Source: Phoronis australis
Taxonomy: Eukaryota; Animalia; Phoronida
NCBI GenBank assembly: GCA_002633005.1
Contig: NMRA01000231.1
Location: 576,263 to 640,262, forward strand
Direction of reading: 5' to 3'
Length of the DNA stretch: 64,000 nt
Each line of letters begins with the position of its first letter. Position 1 is the stretch's first letter. Below are positions 22,112-35,509 of this stretch, in pieces. The position numbers were made by a program, and so were the translations under genes. The notes under the pieces are model-generated. The model searched no databases, was not told where the DNA came from, and saw only the letters and a list, made by a program, of their open reading frames with translations.

Positions 22112-24656
22112 AGTCCTTCTCTCACGCGTTTTTAACCCTTATTACATGGTTAGAGAATGTTATAAGGATCCAAGAAGTACCTACCCCATAACTTATACAC
22201 GATACGTACTCGAAAAATGTTTAAATGAACGCGCCACTCACGATTCGCACCAGAAGAACCACCGCCATTTTGAACTTGCCGCGAACCCGGAAGTACAATT
22301 CATTCAGGAACCCAGGCCGAGAAAACGCAGTCAGTGCGACTGGAGCAGTGCCTGTACTGTTACCTGCCAGCAAACGGGGATAAAATAATCGACAGCGCGC
22401 CTTAATTTTAATAAAATCAAACTACGGACAATTTTATCGAATTTGCTGAAGAAATGTGGCGAACAAATTTTGACAGAAATTATTTTGCCAAACTCGGGAC
22501 CGCAGCCTATCGGACCCGGTGCGGATCGAGACCAGACACTGGCGAACGGTAAATGCATGCGGTGGCAAGCTAATTTTTCGAAGTAAAAAGGTCAACTCAT
22601 AAATGCCGCATACATGTATGTTCAAGGGTAGTTTCAGACACTTGCATGAAATTGCGGATTGGTTAGTCCTGTGTCACACTGCCGCGGCAGACCTTAGTTA
22701 GCCTCAGTCACAAGCTACCAGTGAAGACTATCGTCAATTAAAATACAGCTTGTTAGTAGGCCTATACAGCTTTTCGCCAAGGCTACCCTTAGGCCTAACT
22801 GGTCGCTGGCCACAGCGGTCGCTCAAACGTGGTTTATTTAGAACTTGGGTACTTCTGGCGAACTGTGCAAAGTTGTTGGCTTTCAATAGAGATTTTCCCA
22901 GACTTTGTATGAGCGCACCAAGCCTAAAAGAATGGGGGGCTGGAATTTTTGGGAATGTCTGTTTTTACTATAAGATTCAGTGGGTATGTTCAGAGCTAAG
23001 AATTGCAGACTCTAAATTTTGGTACTTCCTGTCTTCTAGTGGAATATTGTCTCATTTTCTACTTTTTTCGGAATTCGTGTTTCTGTGCACGGAGGCAGAC
23101 CTTTTTCCAGTTCTCCAAAAAGTAGGCTCGTTCGAGCACATAAGTATGACAAGTCCAATACAACATGTTATCATTTTTTATTCGTTAAGCCAAAAGATTC
23201 AAACTTTTAACATAATAAGTAACTTAAAATGCACAATACTTTACAACATTTAGCATTACAAACACTATTCAACAACAACAGTTTCCATGATATGAAAGTG
23301 GACATACATGTAACTATTACTATGGTGACGGAATAGTGTTTCCTTACACCAGAATTTGACAAGCATCATTTAAAAATATATTTCAAGGAAGAAGAATTAG
23401 AGGCTTGAAGCTTCACAATCCAACATAGCTTATTTCTCAAATTAAGATGACTTGATAACCTGAATTAAGAAGCAATAAGTTGCAAAACATGACTTGAAAG
23501 CAATTGAGACTTAAAATCTAGAAAAATATGAAACATTTTGTGACACCAAATCAAGTCTTGAACAGCAGTTGACAGTCAAACAAAAAACCATTTCAAAATG
23601 ATTTCAACTATTTTTTTAGCTTAGTGTAAGGTCACCTGAATGGGAAATTTACAATAAAATAATTCGAATACATCTTATATTTTGCACAAAAAACACGAAA
23701 ATTGAACAAAGTTTGTTTTTTGTAGCAAAGTTTGTCAAAATGTATCAACGTTAACTCTTCACAAATTACAAAGTAGCCGATTGAACATGCCTGTCAGTTC
23801 AGCAAAAGTCGCCATGTTCACTGTCGGTGCCGCCAGAAATGAGACGAAGTCCAACGGGAATTGTAAGCACATTTACCACATAATGAGTAACAACTCCGAG
23901 GCTGAATTTTGGTGAACACTGTTATATCGTGCAGAATAGTAAGTAAAGATATGTCTAACTAAATTTCACCGTAATTTGTCGGCGAAAAAAATTACACAAA
24001 GTTTTAAACTCGTAACTTATCCCGCTGTCCTCCAATATGGCCGACGCGATCCAAACAAAGTAACCCAAATTTCGCCACAAAACTTGCAATAACTTTACAC
24101 TGCGTGCCCCGATTTTGATACTTTTTCGATTTTTACTGAGTAGAATGCACTACCTTTCCGATGATAGCAAAGTACTTTTTCAAAACGAAAAAAATAAAAC
24201 CGAAAAAATAGGTTCGACCCATATTGGTTCCTAGGTTCGACCGGCCTACGTAAGGAACTAAACACCAATGCTATTTTAAAATACTAAGTACGCGTAACAT
24301 TCCAAAAAACATCAACGACCACTAACTACAAACTATAAATACACTACATATGCAAACGAATGACGAGATATTGCTTACAAAACAAAATAATGAAGACTCT
24401 TCGAGCAAGCGATAGTACATTCAGTTACAAGAACAATATGGCGGCTTTCAGGACAAGTTCCTGAACTGATTTGCCGGAAATGTGGGTACGGAAATAACCG
24501 ATGACATACGCTCAGAGAGAAGGGTCAAATACTGTTCAAAAATCGCTTTTGGCAAGAAAGACGAAAAGAATATAAAGAAAGGGTGTCGAAAATAAGATTT
24601 TATGCAGTAAGTATTTTCGGATACTGGAACCACATGGGCAGTTTGAGAGAAGGACC
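22112..24656 (+). mobile_element. Non-coding Kolobok-type element, family K3 copy A
   Basis: TTAA at 22108-22111 and 24657-24660; 13-bp TIR agtccttctctca / tgagagaaggacc; full-length inverted homolog at 48551-53316. Confidence 0.88.
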
Positions 24657-25382
24657 TTAAGCTATTTTCCGAAAGTTTGATGATCTAACCGGCTAGCGAC
24701 GTCGAGTCGACGTTGACCTACCTTTTGAATCTTCAGTATGAGAGGTCACTGTTGAAGTAGTGCGGAAGGTGAATACGGAAAACATTATTACATGGCCCAA
24801 TTCCCTCGACAGATTCAAAGCGTATGGGATAAAAGCAGTTAGTCAGCTAGTCTTCGCCTCTAGAGCAGAGGGGGACAGTGCTTACACGGTAGGACTGGCA
24901 ACTCTGACGGGCTACCTTTGCAATTCTAGTCCTTTTTTGAGTGTAAGTAGCACCCCTGCTGTTCCCATGTTGAAAAATTGCTGGTTGGTTGCTAAAATAC
25001 GATTCTTTAGCTCTATTAAACCACAAGACCGGTAGAGGCGCTACTTACATAAAATAACGGGTAACCAGAATCGCTTTTCCAGCTTCCATAATGGTATGAG
25101 TACGCCATTAGCCTATACCATAAACTGAATTAACCGTTGAACTTGTTTTTTTTCTAAACCTAATGCTCTATAGTTTTGCTGTGCCTTTCACAAATCAAAC
25201 AAAGATATTATGTTGCTTTTGCTGAAATTTTCTCCAGTTTTTGTCACAACTGAACATACTGTGGTTTTCTCCAAATTCGCGTTACGTTCAATAATACACC
25301 ATGCTCAATTTGAAAAACTTGTGACGAAGTGTCCATTCAAACATTTTGTTTGTGTTACGTAGAACTGCTGCTGCATTCTTAA

Positions 25383-26680
25383 AGTGCACACAACATGACT
25401 CTTGTACCTCAAAATAAATTTTATTATTATATCTTACTAGATTTCAGTGCCTTTAGTGCACAGCTCATAAAGAAACAGGCAAAAATTGAAAAAATAATAA
25501 TTATGTACAACGTCATGGGTTGAACCCAAGTCGTTCGCCATACTGTTCGGATCAGAGAGTGAAGAGAAAACAAAATACACTTAGCGTCGAGAAGTTTCGT
25601 AGAAGGATCAAAAGATGTGTTTCCGGAGGCTGCAGCAACAGTAGCCAGGCGGAGAACGTCTCGGTGTTCCGAAGGATACCAAAGTTGCGCAGAAGTGGCA
25701 TCGCTTCGTGCGCCGAACGAGAGTGTGGGAAGTCATCGTGGAGCAAGCGATTCGGTCCGGGGCCACTCTGTGTTCTGCCCACTTTGAGGACTCGCGTTTC
25801 GACTCCAGTCACAAGAGACGTTACGATGAAGGCCTGGTTCAATAAAGGACAATATTTATCATTCAGAGACATCAGCTCTTAGTTCAGGATCGTCTGTTGG
25901 ATGACTGGGTTGACTCGCCGAGCCCGAGGCCGCTTCTCTCGCGGGAGGATCCAGTTCGTAAGGCTCAAAGTAGGAAAGTACGCAGCCGGAAGCACATTAA
26001 ACTTATTCTCGCTTTCGTGCAACCCCATTTCCTCATCCTGGCCACCATTCCCGTACGTTTCTTCATAGTATTCGTTCAATTTTTGCTCATAATCGTCGTC
26101 GCTTTCAAATTCCCTGCTTTCCGCCATTGTTCAATGCTAGTCACTAATCTCTTGTGTTCAACCCATGACGTCACATGGCGGGAAATGTGAAAATTGGCAA
26201 AATTGAAAGAAAAATCAAAATTTCGAGCTAATTACACAAAATAAACATGGGTTTAGCTAAATTTTACGTCATACATTTAGTTTNNNNNNNNNNNNNNNNN
26301 NNNNNNNNNTGTGCCTGTTCTGGAAGTTCCGCCAGTACCGGCTCCTAGACGTTCGCTCAGAAATGTTAAGCCCCCGGACAGGTTGAACTTGTAAAACTGT
26401 TTGTTGTTCCTGTAGTTAAGTTTTCCAAGCTTGAGAGGAAGGGTGTAATAGATTATGTATTACGACCGCTAGATGGCGTGTTGTTTGATGTACACTCTCC
26501 TCTGTCTGAAATATAGATATGAAGTGACTTCCTAAAAGATGGCTGTTGTGTGTCTTATAAGAACGGACTCGAATCGAATCGGGAACCATCAACATTAACA
26601 GTATGTACAGTGTAAATAGCAACTCGTGAGTCAAAAATAAGCCTACATATTTGTGTCAGGTTGTGTGAGTTCAATGCACT
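25383..26680 (+). mobile_element. Non-autonomous Kolobok, family K4 (THAP and KolX remnants), interrupted by an assembly gap and a Gypsy end
   Basis: TTAA at 25379-25382 and 26681-26684; termini agtgca / tgcact; + strand KRCVSGGCSN...LCSAHFEDSRF (THAP); - strand acidic MAESREFE...(Y)FEPYELDP (KolX N-terminus). Confidence 0.75.
26311..26647 (+). mobile_element. Gypsy-like LTR retrotransposon 3' end (pol tail, PPT, 3' LTR)
   Basis: VPVLEVPPVPAPRRSLRNVKPPDRLNL* (26311-26394, typical integrase tail RRSxRxxKPPxRL); PPT gagaggaaggg 26433-26443; LTR TGTA...TACA 26444-26647. The rest is hidden by the N gap. Confidence 0.8.
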
Positions 26681-28195
26681 TTAAAATTCAGCGGTATTGA
26701 ATTTATGACAAAACAATGAATTTCCAAAATAGGTTTTCTATCTTCAGATAATGTTTGCAATTCCCCCTCCTCAGAAATCTAGCTAGCCTTAATTACCAAA
26801 TTGTACAAACTAATGCCTTCACACACACACACGCACACATCAACCATCACTTTTTGCTCCGTTTGTTTTGATTATGCAACTGAAACGAAAAAAATCACCT
26901 GGTCACATTTAATTCCAGTTACATCCTGGAATTTAATCTACCCAGTGTATCATTTACAAGAACAAACAACCAGGCCTTTTGTTTGATCTTTGCCCAAACA
27001 TAACTAAGACCTTGACCACTGTCGGAACAATTCATTCAATAAATGCCTTTGGTTATCTCTTTGGAAATAATGTAGATACAGTGTAATTGGTATAACAGCT
27101 GCCATAGCTGACAATGGATACCTGACCAACTTAATAATAGGATAGATCATATCCCAGTCCCAACACTGCTCTGTTGACTAGAAGGACTCTGAACAAAAGA
27201 TAGAGGCAACAGGGTCATGGACAATGTTAACTTTTATCCCTGCAATAGAGGTCTTTTCATTTTGGCACTGTTTAAAGTATAATTGAGACCATGAAAGCAA
27301 CTCAGATTTGGTGGACAAAAATTCACAACTACCGTATTTGCCCCAATAAGCGCCCAAAATTGCCCCAATAAGTGTTTTCAGACTTCGTTAAAAAAGCGCC
27401 CAGCCCATGGACGTGTGCCTTACCTAGATTTCTTAATTCTACAGTAACATCTTCAATTTATCAATAATATCCGATAGTCCTGAAAAAATCATAATGCGCG
27501 CCAAACTTCTAGACCACAAGCTTCGCCGCTGTGTCGGTATTTGGCCGTGAATATACACTTCAAACTTCTGCAGTGCTTCAAAAAGAATTAATTTAAAAAT
27601 TTTGCAGATCTCACGAGGTATGTGTCCTACTATGGTCTCGCTTTACAGAACAGACACAGTGTACTTGTCAACGGAAGTGAATCTCGCCATCAGTCGGCGA
27701 GTTTTCGCCCTGGGATTTCCACACGGTTTTCTGAAAAAGGATTGTAATTTAATGACGAAGTTTGATAGCAATGTACCACAATTTTGTGGAAAGTCGATCT
27801 GTCGTAGCTACAGATACGATGCAGAGCATAAATTTGATGAATCCTAGCTTCGGATCTCACCTGTTTCGTACACTGTGTTTAGCTGTCCATTAATTTAAAA
27901 GCAGTCATTGTCATTGTCATTGATTAGGTTAATTCACCTAATTACATGGCGAATTATTGCATCTGCCATCAATTGAAATTTCATCAAGTATGCTGCTCTG
28001 ACATCAAGTTTTTTGTCTGCACTCTACATACAGGTTGCACTATTTATCCAATTGGCACAAGATTCACCCACAACTTCTATCCCCCGAAGTGCTAGAAGTC
28101 TCAGGTCGTTCATCATGATCAGATTCAAGATGGCGGACGTGTTGGCTATTTTGTTTTCGAAGTCAAATTAAAATGCTCATAGAGGCCGCATTTCT

Positions 28196-29200
28196 ATGCG
28201 CCCACATACCTATACGTGGGTGCAAATTGCCTTCATTTCTGTCTGGGCGTCCAGCGTCCGCAGCTGTATCGCCTGAACCCCTCAAACTGTCTTCACCAAA
28301 TTTGACAGATGGGTTCATATGAAGATGACGACAGAAGAGGACGAATTTTGGACGGATCTGACTACCGTTGTGCCCCCTAGTGGCAATTTTTTTTTTTTAC
28401 ATTTACCTCTGTATCTTTAAAGGTCGTCTATGGATTTTTGTGAAACTTGGCATATAGGCACCTGTTAGTAGCTATATTCCTGTTTTCGGACGGAGTCAAG
28501 GTATTTTGCGCCACCTAATGACGATTTTTACTGGGTTTTTTTTTTGCATCCGCCTCTCTATCAACCAAACCGCTCTTACAGATGATTGTAAAAATTGACA
28601 TGTATGTTCTTACTATAAAGAGAAAGCCTGACGATGATTTTCGGATTACACTGGCTTCTGTGGCACCTCCTAGTAGCAGTTTATTGGTGACATGATGCTA
28701 TCTCCCTGTTTTCAGAATTATTTGAGGCCTTTTGAGCCACCTAGTGGCCATTTATGTTTTTTCCAATGGTTTTTTGGCATACGCTCCTCTATCAACCAAA
28801 CCATTCTATGGATTATTGTGGAAGTTGGCATATATGTTCTCAGTATGAAGATTACGGCTGACGATGACGACTGACTACTGTTGCACCCCCTAGCTTTTTG
28901 CGCCTATAGCTGTATGTCCTAATCCTACTGCAGGATCTTTATTAAATTTAGCAAGTGTATTCATATCTTGTTGAGAACAGATATTGACAACTTCCAGGTG
29001 CATTGCCACCTATCGGCCATTCCATTTTTTCCGGTCTTCCTTTGTATCTCTGAAGTTTCTTGACAATTTTTTATGGAAATTGGTAAATACTTTCTATTAA
29101 AGAAACGTTGTTTCTGTTTTCGGATGGACTTGACATGTTTTGCGCCATCTGGTGGCCATTTTTATGATACAAATAGATGTCACAAGAAGCATGCTGTTTA
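28196..29200 (+). mobile_element. Helentron-derived HINE with internal 130-160-bp tandem units (3'-truncated); same family as 61599-63349
   Basis: 5' tatgcgcccacat...gtgggtgca hairpin, gtcc-type microsatellite, repeated units ending in gccccctagtggc-like motifs; terminal unit nearly identical to 63247-63280. Confidence 0.8.
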
Positions 29201-29409
29201 CGGTACCCAATTGCTTCAAAACTTTTTCATCTGATATTTTTTGTAGAATGCTATTATCAGTGCTGCTTAACTGGAAGTTGTATTCAAATTTCGGCTCTGA
29301 CCTATTTTCATCATTTTTCAATAGTCCTGGGGTGCCACAACGGGAAGAGGAAATGACGTGGATTTTTTATGTGTGAAGACTCACTCGTCAGTCACCTTCT
29401 GGCAGTGCC

Positions 29410-29750
29410 ACCTACATTAATATAGTGGGCCTCGCCCATAGGCTGCCTTCTGGAAGGGAACCTATATTAATATCGGGGGCCGCAATCTCTGGCCGCCTTT
29501 CGGCGAGGCCCCTATACTATTGTATATTAATATAGAGGGCCTTGCCGGAAGGCGGCCAGAGAGCGGGACCTTTTATATTAATATAGAGGGCCTCACTACA
29601 TTAATATGGCTGGCCCCGCTCTACGGCCGCCTTTCGGCAAAGGCCCCTATATTATTATAGGGGTCCTCCCCAATAGGGGGCTCGCTTTTGAGGTGCGAAC
29701 TTTAATTTGTTGCCTATGTCGTTTTAATAAAAATAAGTCATTTTAAATAA
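29410..29750. repeat. Array of about 35-bp GC-rich units in alternating orientation separated by palindromic TATATTAATATA spacers
   Basis: Unit ggccttgccggaaggcggccagagagcgggacc and its reverse complement ggccccgctct..ggccgcctttcggc.aggcccc alternate. Confidence 0.7.
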
Positions 29751-31774
29751 TAAGCTGTTTGTAACTTTATGTTAAGGCCACTCTTGATCAAACAGACACA
29801 ATGCAATCGCAATATTTATAAATACAGTGCAGTATTTGCCATGTTTTTTTTTTGTAGTTCAATGCACAATCTTGGTGAATCTCGTGGCGATGCTTTGTTT
29901 TTTCAGTGAATTTAGGGACGTGGACGACTATGTAAAGAATATGTAGAAGCATGTTATCCACCTAGGCATTGTATAGTTTACACTAGACAGTTTCACGGTG
30001 TAAGGCTATGCTCTTAGGTCTTGCAAGGAGTGTAAATTCCGTAGTTATTTTATTAAAGGGAATTCGTTTACTTGCTTTTCCTTTGTAATAATGACATTAA
30101 ATTATGTCAAATATCACTTTTGGGAGCGAAAGAAATCAGCTTTGACGATGGCCGGCGAAGCATAGCCAAACATCTGGGCAAATTGTTTTAAGCTAAATAG
30201 CTGGTAGGCCTAATGGTCCGTTTAATGGGCTTGTCTTATGCAATATCTCCGCACATGGTGCATATTCTTGTGTTTGTACACAATGCTTTGGCTACAGTAC
30301 AGCCAGTGAATTATTAAAATTCGTCCGGGCAGCCCCTGGTCTGGCTAAGCGTGACCGTAACCGGAGACAGGAAGGAAAGTGGGGCGTGAATTAACCTTGA
30401 CAGCTGGCGTGAGCCTAAACTTGAAATTGTCTGGAACCTACCGCGAGTTTTGAACGAAGCGCGAGCCACCGTGAGCAACGCGTGAGACAGGAGTGATTTC
30501 CCCTGTGTTCCCTAAACTCGGGACATGATTGCTATTCTTACACGTTTAGCGCAAATACAACAAAGTTCTGTATCGTATTTCAAGAAACATTTCTCAGTGC
30601 TGATGTAGAAAAGAACTGTAAGAACTTTGACAACATTGCTAAGAAATTGCCTACTGTTTTTGCAATATCTAATAAGTACTGGTCAGCTATCGCAGAGCAT
30701 CCATTCTATATGACCATTACGCAATCCAGTAAACTATACAATTCACTAAACATGTGGAAGTCAAAGCATCAAGAAGCGGCAAGTGAGTAATACTATCTTT
30801 AATGTTAGCAAATCAACACAATTAGCAAAAAGGTGTCATGGATACTGAATGAATTGAAGGAAACTTTGTAGATTAATGGATTTATGATTTGGCATTCATT
30901 CTTGTAATATTACAGGTAAAATGTAAACTGTGTATTATTTCTCATTTATGTTAATACTGGTAGATCAAAATAGTTAACATGGCGGATTCCAGTTCTGTTT
31001 GAACTTGTACGTTTGCCGAATATAAAATTTCGAGTTTGAGCAACTAATCCCTATATAAAAGTCAAGAAAAGTATTCTCAATTTGAATGAATGAGGTTACT
31101 AAAAAATCCTTTCATTTCTGTGCAATGTGTTTCTCCTTATAGCTCATTTTTATCACTTAACCTAGAATTCAATTGCCAGAACGGGCGTATCTTGTGTTTG
31201 ATTTTGACATTGTGACGTGCTCTTCTCTGTTGAAGCACAACGAAAGCTCAGATTTCCGATGTTTTACGGCACGTTTAGTGGCGGGAAATCACCTATCGGA
31301 TATTTGCCTGATTTTGCAGTAGGCCAGCGCTAGTAGTCAGCAACCCTGACACTTAAATTATAAACAACGTTGTTTTCATAACCAGAGTTTAACTACATTC
31401 AAATTGATGCTAAATTGTGTGGAGGACACTCAAATAACATTCGTGGGCGCGCGAAAACAGGACTTTGGAATTGGTTTCGGGAGCGTCCGCCAAAAACCCC
31501 GATGCTCAAAAGTCGTCTGCCATGAATGTCTTACGCCACGAAATAAGGTCCTTGAATTTGTAATTTTGGCTTTTATTCGTCATTGTCGTCGTCAAATCAG
31601 CACTCGTAGGCAATTTGAAGCGATCAAGTGAAAGGAGGAATTCAGATATTTGTTCGATGCTAGTTTCGTGGAATTCTATGCACATTTGAGCAGAAAATTC
31701 TGAGCAAACAGATTTTTGAGTGTAGTGAGTGACGTCATTTGCGATCGAGGAACAAATAAACTCAAGCGCCTCTG

Positions 31775-33510
31775 GTTTTCCATTTAAATGGCCGCAATGA
31801 ACAAGGTGAGTCTTGGTTGACTACCAGATTTTGCATGCAACCCCGCAGGTCCCTTACCTTTACATGTTAATGTAGCCTAAGTTTTACGACGAGGTGACGA
31901 GCATAAGTCAACTATACCCTGGTAGTCAACGGGCTGTGTGAAATTTCAGGGTATAACAAAGTTCAACATACAGTTGTACGATTGTCTTCATATAGCTGTA
32001 GTCGGTAACTAACCAACCCTTCAAGTTAACAGAGCTGAGTATTGGCTGGCAGCTGGCTGGCTGGCTAGAGTCAACATTGCCCACGGCACAGTCACACCAG
32101 TTTAAATAGCTCACTTGTGAGTTTCCAAAACCCGCTATATTGCCTTTGTTTTGCCCCAAGTCTTTGCTACACACGCTAAACCTTACTGGGGTTCTCTTGG
32201 AGAATTTTACGCTTAAAGCGTTGAGACAACTAAGAGATGATAGATGGATCGTGAAGTAACTCTGGACGGGCGAAACTGTGAACGGACTGAAATTGGATTT
32301 CGACAGGGGCTAGGCCTGAATGCCAAAGGCATACGGGGGCTAAAGTATACCCCCAAAAAGTTACTCAATTCAAACAATGAAATCAAACATGCATATGTCC
32401 ACATAGAGTTATAATTAACACATACCATGACTCTGGATACAATTTAGTCAACAAATAAATTTAACATATACATGAAAATCTCGCGCTTCGCTAAAGTTTC
32501 TCTCACCAAGAGGCATTTTGAAGAAGTTACTTGAAATCACGCCTGTTGACGAACAAGCGACACAAATCCTACAAATTTCATTTGGTATCTTCCCATGCTA
32601 ATTTGCAAGTGTCACGCACCTGGTCACGCGCTTCGCTCAGTCTTGCGCTGGCCTTTGCCTCACACTCACCTGACTCAATTGAAATACTTTGCGGTTATCG
32701 GGCGCGCGGTGAAAAACTTCACAGTAACCAAAAAGTGGAGTTGGAAATCTTCACCAAAGTCACCTGAATTCTCATAGCTATGTTTAGGAGCAGAAAGCAC
32801 CACTGAAGAAAGTAAGCGCCTTTTTAAGTACTAGTTTTTAAGAGTAGAATGCACTTTTGACAAGGTGATAACTTGATCAGTGAGCGGATTTCGCCTACCG
32901 CCCGTTTAAAATACACGGGACGAAATAAATACTGAACGCGATGGAACGTATTGTAGTGCGAATTTGAAGTACATTTGCCATTAGAGCAATGCTTGTTTGG
33001 CATTTTTCACACTAAAAGATTAAAAACTCAAAGTAAACAGAACAGAATACACTGCTACTGCATCGGGCAAATGACCAAATGACAAGCTTTTGCCCTACTT
33101 CTGGTTACGTCGCAGTTACGTCTCACATAATCTCGCGCTATCGTTATTAACTCGCAAAAGGACCATTGTTGATGCGGACTGGTTGCACCGGCAAATTTTC
33201 GTCGGACGATGACGACGACTGTGTATCCCTTTGTGTTGCGTCGGCTCAAACAGGAATCCCTGCTGACCGACACTTCACAATAAAAATTCTTATTCCTACA
33301 ATATGAAGAACGCCTTTTGACTGCACGCTAATACAGGACGGTGACTTCCCCCCCCCCCCCACAAAATACGTCATGAGAAGCAGGGCTCCAAGTGGGTAAT
33401 TTTGTTAGCTTCGTTAGAAGAAAATTGCTTTTCTATATTGAATTATTTGTGAAATTAATCATAGAAAACTATCCAAAATTGATTCAGAATAAAAAACACT
33501 TCCCTTTTAA
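31775..33510 (-). repeat. Dispersed repeat family R (inverted copy of about 50970-51650) with a 1.08-kb insertion at about 32101-33178
   Basis: 31775-32100 and 33180-33510 are reverse complements of contiguous 51310-51650 and 50970-51310. Confidence 0.7.
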
Positions 33511-33536
33511 TGGCGTCAAACAATGTCATCACTTAC

Positions 33537-33730
33537 CTGCACTTACTAGGAGAGCTGGTCTAGATAAGTCTTTACTCCTTCCATCATCCACTAAGCATTG
33601 GTAGTAACCACTTAAAGAGTCCTGGTTGCTCACTTGTAATTTCATCCCTTTAATCACGTATGATTGATAATCAGTTTTCAGTTCTATTTGACCATCTAGA
33701 GGGTTTTTTCGAAAAAACCATTTGGCTTCC
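33537..33730 (-). CDS. Ig-superfamily adhesion gene, coding exon 3 (second half of Ig1: EAKWFFRKNP...LQVSNQDSLSGYYQCLVDDGRSKDLSRPALLVSA)
   Basis: ttttgcag acceptor, gtaagt donor, 194 nt, phase 2-1; canonical Ig C-strand Trp and GYYQC F-strand motif. Confidence 0.9.
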
Positions 33731-34680
33731 CTGCAAAACAGATCTGAGGATAAAACTGTCTGTTGTGACGTATATTGTCGCACTCGAGATATATTGTCGC
33801 CCTCGAAAAAATCTATGCCGATTGAGAATATATGGGCTCTTAACATCCAGTCGGCTTCAACTGGCACCCCACACATATTGTTGCTTTCATATGGCAACAA
33901 TAACAGCCGATTTCATGAAGGTGTAATTTTAGCCCTAACTTGTACATGTATTTCACCAACTTGGTTTAAAAGTCTGAAAGCTTGTTTTTTTTTAGACTAG
34001 TGAGTGAGTTTAGTAAAACCAGGTTGAAAGTTTCCAAGCCACCCTACTGTGTTGATCTGGATTAAGCGAACGAAGAAACCATTGAAGTGCTTCAATGAAA
34101 CCTAGATCATGTGGGTATACAGTGGCACACAGTCGTAGCATCAGGGCAGAAATTTGCGAAAATTGTCGAAAAGCTTTTCTCATGAGGAAAATGTAAAAAT
34201 CTGTGTCCAACACACGTACACGCTTGAAGTACATGCTCACGATTAGCCGCAACTAATAATAACCCAAATTTATGTATGTGCCATTTTAATGTCTAGTGCT
34301 TGTTTATTGCGGCCAATGGGGGGAGCAGGACCCCTGCCTGGCAAAATTAAATCGGGGACCAACTGAGGTGGAACTCAGTCAAAGAATCAGAAGATGCCGT
34401 CTTCACTCAACCTGTAGTGCTTACGACGATGACGCACTGCTCGACCAGTCGTATTCTGAGGAATCTGAAGGACTCCCTTCAACTGGTACTGGTCTATGCA
34501 TAGACAGCTCAAAGGGGGTCACTGGGTTATGACCCCCTATTATCCTTTGATTTTAATGATATCAAATCTTTAATTTTCAAATTGTCCACTTCGTCCAACT
34601 TTTTAAAAAAAAAATTAATCCGACCCCCCCCCCCTCCCTTAAACAAAATCCTGGATAAGGCCCTCGTACGTTTGATTGTG

Positions 34681-34955
34681 CATTGGCGCACACGGGTGGG
34701 CTCGGGGGGGACTCGAATTAGCCCCCAATTTTGGCATATTGGGCAAAAAGGTCCGCCTCGGTGAAACGAAAAGTTCGAGTAAACGACCTAAAAGGTCCAC
34801 AAAGTCCACAAGAATTCGGCGCGAATGCACAATTTGTAGGTCTGAACCTAGTGGCTTCGTTTTTAATCTAGTCTTCGTTAAGTTTTTTTTCAGTAAAAGG
34901 ACTGCATATCGAAAAATTCGAGCCCCCCCAATATTTTAGGCTGGGTGCGCGAATG
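34681..34955. mobile_element. MITE with G/C-run subtermini; inverted relative at about 56611-56771
   Basis: TIR cattggcgcac / gtgcgcgaatg; the end ttttaggctgggt is matched by acccagcctaaaa at 56620. Confidence 0.55.
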
Positions 34956-35079
34956 TCGTGTGTGGCTGTAAAACTGAAATTAAAAATAGCCCATTCTCGC
35001 TCTAAAACTGCATCGTAAATGCACACCGTGGCATCATTCAGTTGTAACCTGCAAGTCTGACATATTTAATAATATTAAT

Positions 35080-35325
35080 CCTGGGTCTGACCAAGTCTAA
35101 CGTTAAAACTGGTCTAAGATCTTAATACAGGTCTAAGGATTATAGATTTCTTTGGTGAAATGAAAACAGACTTAGACTAGGTCTAAGTTGGAGTTAAACC
35201 AGGTTTTACTAGACCACTGGTCTAAAAATTAAACCACCTTTTTGAAACGTAGATTGTCATTAAACCTGGTCTAAGTTCAGTGTAAACAAGGTTTAACTTT
35301 AAAGCACCTTCATGAAATCGACTGT
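35080..35325. mobile_element. Harbinger-type MITE remnant (ggtctaa/ttagacc subrepeats)
   Basis: Many ggtctaa copies in both orientations ending in ttcatgaaatcgac. Confidence 0.5.
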
Positions 35326-35509
35326 AAATGTTTAGAAAGCGACACTTGTCATTAATCTAATACCACACATTCTTGTTCCTAAGGGTGTGCATATTACGTC
35401 ATCGCTCAAAGGAGAAGGAAGAGATAACGATTGGCAATATGGGAGAGGAGTCATTGCAACCTCATAATTATTACAATATATTCATCACAGTACATATAGC
35501 TGGGGAAAT

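Noticed and set aside
22750-23253. 167-aa ORF (likewise 42995-43477 and most other short ORFs in the track)
   Set aside because: No domain motifs; the 22750 ORF is not preserved in the sibling repeat copy. Consistent with chance ORFs.
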